64,000 bases of DNA from an uncultured delta proteobacterium. Lineage in GTDB: Bacteria > Desulfobacterota > RBG-13-43-22. The notes beneath the pieces were generated by a model. The model was given only the letters and a program-made list of their open reading frames with translations, was not told the DNA's origin and made no database searches. The position numbers and the translations under genes were made by a program. Below, one piece after another: positions 59,344 to 64,000 of the stretch; within the stretch, counting starts at the first letter, position 1; the number at the start of each line of letters is the position of its first letter. Location of the stretch: positions 32,001 to 96,000 of the forward strand of contig CAVUPH010000015.1 in assembly GCA_963743305.1 (NCBI GenBank), read 5' to 3'.

Positions 59344-61127
59344 ATGTCTCATTTTAAAGTAAACGAAAACGACCTATTATTTATCTTAAAAAATCAATTG
59401 AATTACGGCAGCCTCTGCAAGCTGGAACGCTACCGGGAACTCGATGAGGAGACGCTGGACCTGCTGGTTAAAGAGGCCCTGAAATTTGCCCGGACAGAGA
59501 TCGCCCCACTCCAGGAGATCGGAGAAAAATGGGGGGTGGTCCTGGAAAACGGTGCGGTCCGCTGCGCCCCCGAGTTTCAGGCAGCCTTCCGGCTGTACGG
59601 CGAAAACGGCTGGACCGCCGCGGCCCGGGACCCGGAATACGGCGGCCAGGGCTTCCCCCATATGATGCGTATCGTCATCAACGACCTGATGTACGGGGCC
59701 TGCCAGGCCTTCAACATGGCCCCCAGCCTGACCCACGGTGCGGCCCATCTGATCGAAAGCTTCGGAAGCCGGGAACTCAAAGAACGTTTTATCCCCCGGA
59801 TGTTCAGCGGGCAATGGGCCGGAACCATGTGCCTCACCGAGCCCCAGGCCGGCTCCAATCTGGCCGACCTCCGAACCAGCGCCGTCCCGGAGGGAGACCA
59901 TTACCGGATCAAGGGCTCCAAGATCTTCATCTCCTGGGGCGATCACGACCTGACCGAAAACATCATCCACTTGCTGCTGGCCCGCATCGAGGGCGCTCCC
60001 GAGGGCGTCAAGGGTATTTCCTTGTTTGTGGTGCCCAAGATCCGGGTCAACCCGGACGGCACCTTAGGGGAACCCAATGATGTGCTCTGCGGCGGTGTGG
60101 AAAAGAAACTGGGGCTTCATGCCTCTCCCACCTGTCTGCTGAATTTCGGGGACCAGGACGGTTGTATCGGGTATTTCTGCGGCGAAGCCCACAATGGCCT
60201 GGCCCATATGTTCCAGATGATGAATGCCGCCCGCATCAATACCGGCGTGAGCGGCATGACCCTGGCCAGCACCGCCTACCTCAACGCTCTGGCCTATACC
60301 AGGGAGCGCATCCAGGGAAAGGATGTGGCCGGACGGAAACCCGGCTATGTCCCGATCATCGATCACCCGGATGTGCGCCGTATGCTGCTCTGGATGAAGG
60401 CCACGGTGGACGGAATGCGCTCCATGATCTACACCGGGGCCTTCTGGTCGGAGCTGGCCCTGGAGCTGCCCGCGGGCGAAGAGAAAAATCACTACCAGGC
60501 CCTGGTCGATTTCCTGACCCCGATCATCAAGGCCTACTGTTCGGACCTGGGCTTTAAGGTCTGCGAAACGGCCATCCAGTGCCTGGGCGGGTATGGTTCT
60601 ACCGGGAATATCCCCTGGAGCAGTACCTGCGGGATTCCAAGATCATGTCCCTCTATGAGGGCACCAACGGCATCCAGTCCCTCGACCTGATGGGAAGAAA
60701 GATGCGGTTAAATGGCGGGGCCCTTTTTAAATCGTACCTGTCCGAGATCCAGGCCTTCTGCCGGGAGCAGGCCGACCAACCCCGATTGGGATCGGAAATC
60801 CGAGCCCTGTCCGAGGCCGTCGACCGGTTGGAAGTTATGGCCCGGACCCTGTCTGAAAAGATGAAATCAGATCCCCTGCAGTGGGCTTCCTATACCTACC
60901 CGGCCCTCCTTTGTTTCGGTGATATCACCATGGCCTGGCGGCTGCTGGACCTGGCGGTCATCGCGCAAGAACAGATGGAAGCCGGGAAGGTCACCGATTT
61001 TCTCTCCGGCAAAGTGCTGCAAGCCACCTACTTCACCGGCACAACCTTGCCGCTGACCCTGGCCCGGCTGGAGACCTGTCTGCGGTCCGGACGGGAAGTA
61101 GTGGATATGCCGGAAGGGGCTTTTTAA
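59344..61127 (+). CDS. Long-form acyl-CoA dehydrogenase (-1 frameshift ~60597)
   Basis: GTMCLTEPQAGS, GSKIFIS, KKLG, MFQMMNAAR, LGGYG then YPLEQYLRDSKIMSLYEGTNGIQ in next frame. Confidence 0.9.
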
Positions 61128-61157
61128 TACGAAAATTGAGACGAAACGGAAGAATGA

Positions 61158-61322
61158 ATGGCCTTAAAAACAGGGGCGGAATACCTCGATTCCATTATCC
61201 AGAAATACCTGACCGCCTCTCCGGACAGTCGGGTGGTCGCCCGCATGACTGCCGGGTTTGATTTAATTAAACTTAAAAGGCCCGATGCCGTCATTCCTGG
61301 CCCCGCCTCAAAAGCGGGATGA
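61158..61322 (+). pseudogene. 54-aa remnant resembling joined ends of a 4-hydroxybutyryl-CoA dehydratase / HpaB-family gene
   Basis: MALKTGAEYLDSI followed directly by IQKYL…RVVARMT. Confidence 0.45.
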
Positions 61323-61363
61323 ACTCCAGCCGGGATCCAGGGTTACTACCGGGGAGATTCGCT

Positions 61364-61513
61364 GATGGTATCGCAAAACGCAAGAAACCCGTCATTGCGA
61401 GCAAAGCGAAGCAATCCCCCGGGCAAGTTTGAGGGACCTGATAAGCTACCTGGGGGATTGCTTCGTCGCTTCCCTCCTCGCCATGACAGCCCGGGCGACT
61501 TTTGACGAACACC
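61364..61513. repeat. Palindromic repeat family A copy with outer inverted ends
   Basis: GATGGTATCGCAAAA…GTCATTGCGAGC…GCAATCCCC / GGGGATTGC…CGCCATGAC…GACTTTTGACGAA. Confidence 0.8.
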
Positions 61514-61556
61514 TTTTCACTCAAGGTCCGAGATTTATATTTACCTATAACTTGTT

Positions 61557-62675
61557 ATGAACATCTTGTTCCAACCCATCTCCATCAAGAATTTGACCTT
61601 ACCCAACCGGTTTGTCCGGTCCGCCACTTATGACGGAATGTCTGAAAAAAACGGCCGGGTTACCTCCGAACAAATTAAAATGGTGGAGGATCTGGCCAGG
61701 GGCGGAGTAGGCCTGATCATTTTAGGCATTGCCTACGTTCAGGCCTCCGGCCAAATTTCAGTCTTCCAAAATTCTCTGGCCGACGATGAATGTATTCCCG
61801 GCTTCCGGAACTTGGCCGATACCGCCCACGAACACGGCGCTAAAATTGCCGTCCAACTTTTTCACGCCGGCCGGGAAACGGCCAAGGCCTTTAAACCCCA
61901 TCGCAAACAGGCCCTGGCCCCATCTTATGTCCCGGATGACCCCTTATTCCAGCATCCCTATCGGGAGATCACCGAGGCGGAGATCCAACAAGTCATCCGG
62001 GCCTTCGGCGAGGCCGCCGGTCGGGCCGCGGCGGCCGGGCTGGACGCGATTCAGGTTCACGGGGCCCATGCCTATCTGCTAAGCCAGTTCCTGTCCCCTT
62101 TCACCAACCGGCGGACCGATGCCTGGGGCGGGGTTCTGGAAAACCGCCTGCGCCTTCACCGCGAAATCCTGGGGGCCATCAGGTCCCGGGTGGGTGAAGG
62201 CTATCCGGTCCTGCTCAAGATCGGGGTCCAAGACGGTTTTCCCGGGGGACTGGAATTTCATGAAGGGAAACAGGCCGCGCTCCGCCTGGCCCAGTGGGGC
62301 TATGACTCCCTGGAAATCAGCTCCGGTCTAAGAGGTCCGGGGTACGACAACGCCGAATTCAAGACACGCATCAACCGACTGGACCGCGAGGCGTATTTCA
62401 GATCCTGGTGCCGGGAAATAAAGCCGCAGGTGTCGGTCCCGGTCATGATGGTCGGGGGACTGCGGTCGCCGGCGCTCATGGAGGAAGTGATTCAAAACGG
62501 CGAGGCCGACCTGATCTCCCTCAGCCGCCCGCTGATCAAAGAACCGGCGATTATCAAAGACTGGCAAAACGGTGACCTTCACCGGGCCACCTGCATCTCC
62601 TGCAATAAATGTTTTGAGGCCCTGCTGAAGGGGGAGGCCCTGCGCTGCGTTTATCATGAAGAAACCGGGAAATAG
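61557..62675 (+). CDS. NADH:flavin oxidoreductase (Old Yellow Enzyme family) with C-terminal Cys cluster
   Basis: NRFVRSAT, QLFHAG, HGAHAYLLSQFLSP..NRRTD.WGG..ENR, CISCNKC…C. Confidence 0.92.
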   Translation: MNILFQPISIKNLTLPNRFVRSATYDGMSEKNGRVTSEQIKMVEDLARGGVGLIILGIAYVQASGQISVFQNSLADDECIPGFRNLADTAHEHGAKIAVQLFHAGRETAKAFKPHRKQALAPSYVPDDPLFQHPYREITEAEIQQVIRAFGEAAGRAAAAGLDAIQVHGAHAYLLSQFLSPFTNRRTDAWGGVLENRLRLHREILGAIRSRVGEGYPVLLKIGVQDGFPGGLEFHEGKQAALRLAQWGYDSLEISSGLRGPGYDNAEFKTRINRLDREAYFRSWCREIKPQVSVPVMMVGGLRSPALMEEVIQNGEADLISLSRPLIKEPAIIKDWQNGDLHRATCISCNKCFEALLKGEALRCVYHEETGK

Positions 62676-62775
62676 CCGGCTGACCGAGCGAATAACTATT
62701 TCACCGCAAAGACGCGAAGAACGCGAAGAAAAACAAAAGAAGAAATGGATAATTTTTCGGGTCGAGGAGTATACC

Positions 62776-64000
62776 ATGGAAAAGGAAGATTTAGATCAAG
62801 GCTGGCTGCCGGAGGTCGAGGAACTTCGCCTCCGGGAAACCCTGGCGTCGCAGATGGGCGGGGAGGAAAACCTGGCCCGCCATCGGGCGGCCGGTCGTTT
62901 GAACGTCCGGGAGCGGATTGATCTTCTGCTTGATAAAGGCAGCTTCCACGAAACCGGCGCCATCACCGGGGTCCCCACCTGGGAGGAAGGCCGCCTGGTC
63001 AAATTATTTCCCTCCAATTTTATCCTGGGGACCGGGCGGATCGACCGGCGCCGGGTGGTGGTGGGGGCCGACGACTTCACCATACGCGGGGGTGCGGCCG
63101 ATGCCGCTATCGGGCATAAGGCAGCCTATGCCGAACGGATGGCCCTGGAACTGCGTCTGCCCATGATCCGGTTGGTGGACGGTACCGGAGGAGGAGGCAG
63201 CGTCAAATTTCTGGAGCAGATGGATCGGACCTATGTGCCTTACAACCCGGGCATGGACACCATGGCCGAATTGCTTTCCACCGTACCGGTGGTGAGCGCC
63301 GCCCTGGGTTCGGTGGCCGGACTGGGCGCGGCTCGGGTGGTCTTTTCCCATTTCTCGGTCATGCCCCGGAAAACGGCCCAGCTCTTTGTGGCCGGGCCCC
63401 CGGTGGTGGAACCGGCCCTGGGCCGGAAGGTGGGCAAGGAGGAACTGGGGGGGTCCCAAATCCAGACCGGCGGTTTCGGCGCCGTGGACAACGAGGTGGC
63501 CACCGAAGATGAGGCCTTTGCTCAGATCCGCCTTTTTCTTTCGTATCTACCGGATTCAGTCTATGAGCTTCCCCCGGTGCAGGCGTCTTCCGATCCGGTT
63601 GACCGTCGCGAGGAGGAGTTGGTCCGCCTCATTCCCAAAAACAAGCGCCGACCCTACCCGGTGCGTCGCATCCTGACGCTGGTCCTGGACCAGGGATCCT
63701 TTTTCGAAATCGGAGCCAACCACGGACGCTCGGTGGTCACCGGCCTGGCGCGGCTGAACGGCCGACCGCTGGGGGTCTTCGCCCACGATTCCAACTTTTT
63801 CGGCGGCGCCATCACCGCCCAGGGGGCCGACAAGCTGGTCCGCTTCATCGATCTCTGCGACACCTTCCACCTGCCGGTGGTCAATTTTGTGGACAATCCG
63901 GGATTCATGATCGGGGTGGAGGCGGAGAAACAGGGCACCATCCGCTTCGGGGCCCGCTACATCTTTGCCGTCTACCAGGCCACGGTCCCCTGGTGCTCCA
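62776..64000 (+). CDS. Acyl-CoA carboxylase carboxyl transferase subunit (3' truncated by window edge)
   Basis: Open frame from ATG 62776 (GAGGAG RBS): RERIDLLLD.GSF, DDFTIRGG, RLVDGTGGGGS, QLFVAGPP, EELGG, RFIDLCDTFHLP..FVDNPGF. Confidence 0.9.
   Translation, partial: MEKEDLDQGWLPEVEELRLRETLASQMGGEENLARHRAAGRLNVRERIDLLLDKGSFHETGAITGVPTWEEGRLVKLFPSNFILGTGRIDRRRVVVGADDFTIRGGAADAAIGHKAAYAERMALELRLPMIRLVDGTGGGGSVKFLEQMDRTYVPYNPGMDTMAELLSTVPVVSAALGSVAGLGAARVVFSHFSVMPRKTAQLFVAGPPVVEPALGRKVGKEELGGSQIQTGGFGAVDNEVATEDEAFAQIRLFLSYLPDSVYELPPVQASSDPVDRREEELVRLIPKNKRRPYPVRRILTLVLDQGSFFEIGANHGRSVVTGLARLNGRPLGVFAHDSNFFGGAITAQGADKLVRFIDLCDTFHLPVVNFVDNPGFMIGVEAEKQGTIRFGARYIFAVYQATVPWCS

Noticed and set aside
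17085-60600. Programmed frameshifting or Sec/Pyl recoding in the split genes
   Set aside because: Breaks are indels, not in-frame TGA/TAG; no shared slippery motif; homologous families are not known to be recoded
3890-61488. Repeated arms with variable spacers as a CRISPR array
   Set aside because: Copies are dispersed inverted pairs, not tandem direct repeats; no cas genes
62776-64000. Apparent fragmentation of the last gene into small ORFs
   Set aside because: The frame from ATG 62776 reads through with carboxyl transferase motifs; it is missing from the track only because it has no stop inside the window

Overview
A 64-kb, fairly GC-rich bacterial window. Gene content and intergenic repeats suggest an anaerobic Desulfobacterota/'deltaproteobacterial' genome (inference). 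It is dominated by acyl-CoA catabolism: etfBA, three CoA ligases, three acyl-CoA dehydrogenases, two thiolases, two stand-alone 3-hydroxyacyl-CoA dehydrogenases, a FadB-like multifunctional enzyme, an Old Yellow Enzyme (OYE), a carboxyl transferase, four Liv-type ABC transporters and TetR/MerR/XRE regulators. A TPP-riboswitch-controlled thiM-thiW-ECF thiazole salvage operon lies at the left end. Most interesting candidates: (i) an operon with an APH-type kinase, an Asp-type (IYDG) acyl-CoA dehydrogenase and a histidine phosphatase, resembling LvaA/LvaC and ACAD10/11 4-hydroxyacyl-CoA catabolism; (ii) two paralogous DUF362 proteins with a C-terminal CxxC..GxC..GCPP (NuoB/hydrogenase-small-subunit-like) Fe-S motif; (iii) an esterase + 3-hydroxyacid dehydrogenase + BKACE + ABC module; (iv) an ABC permease with a C-terminal zinc ribbon next to an embedded CoA ligase. 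There are also apparent deletion scars, a 167-bp MITE with an 8-bp target duplication, and many palindromic intergenic repeats. About ten single-base frameshifts without in-frame stops are most likely sequencing/assembly indels. No rRNA, tRNA or CRISPR array was seen. All calls come from reading motifs by eye; no database search was run.
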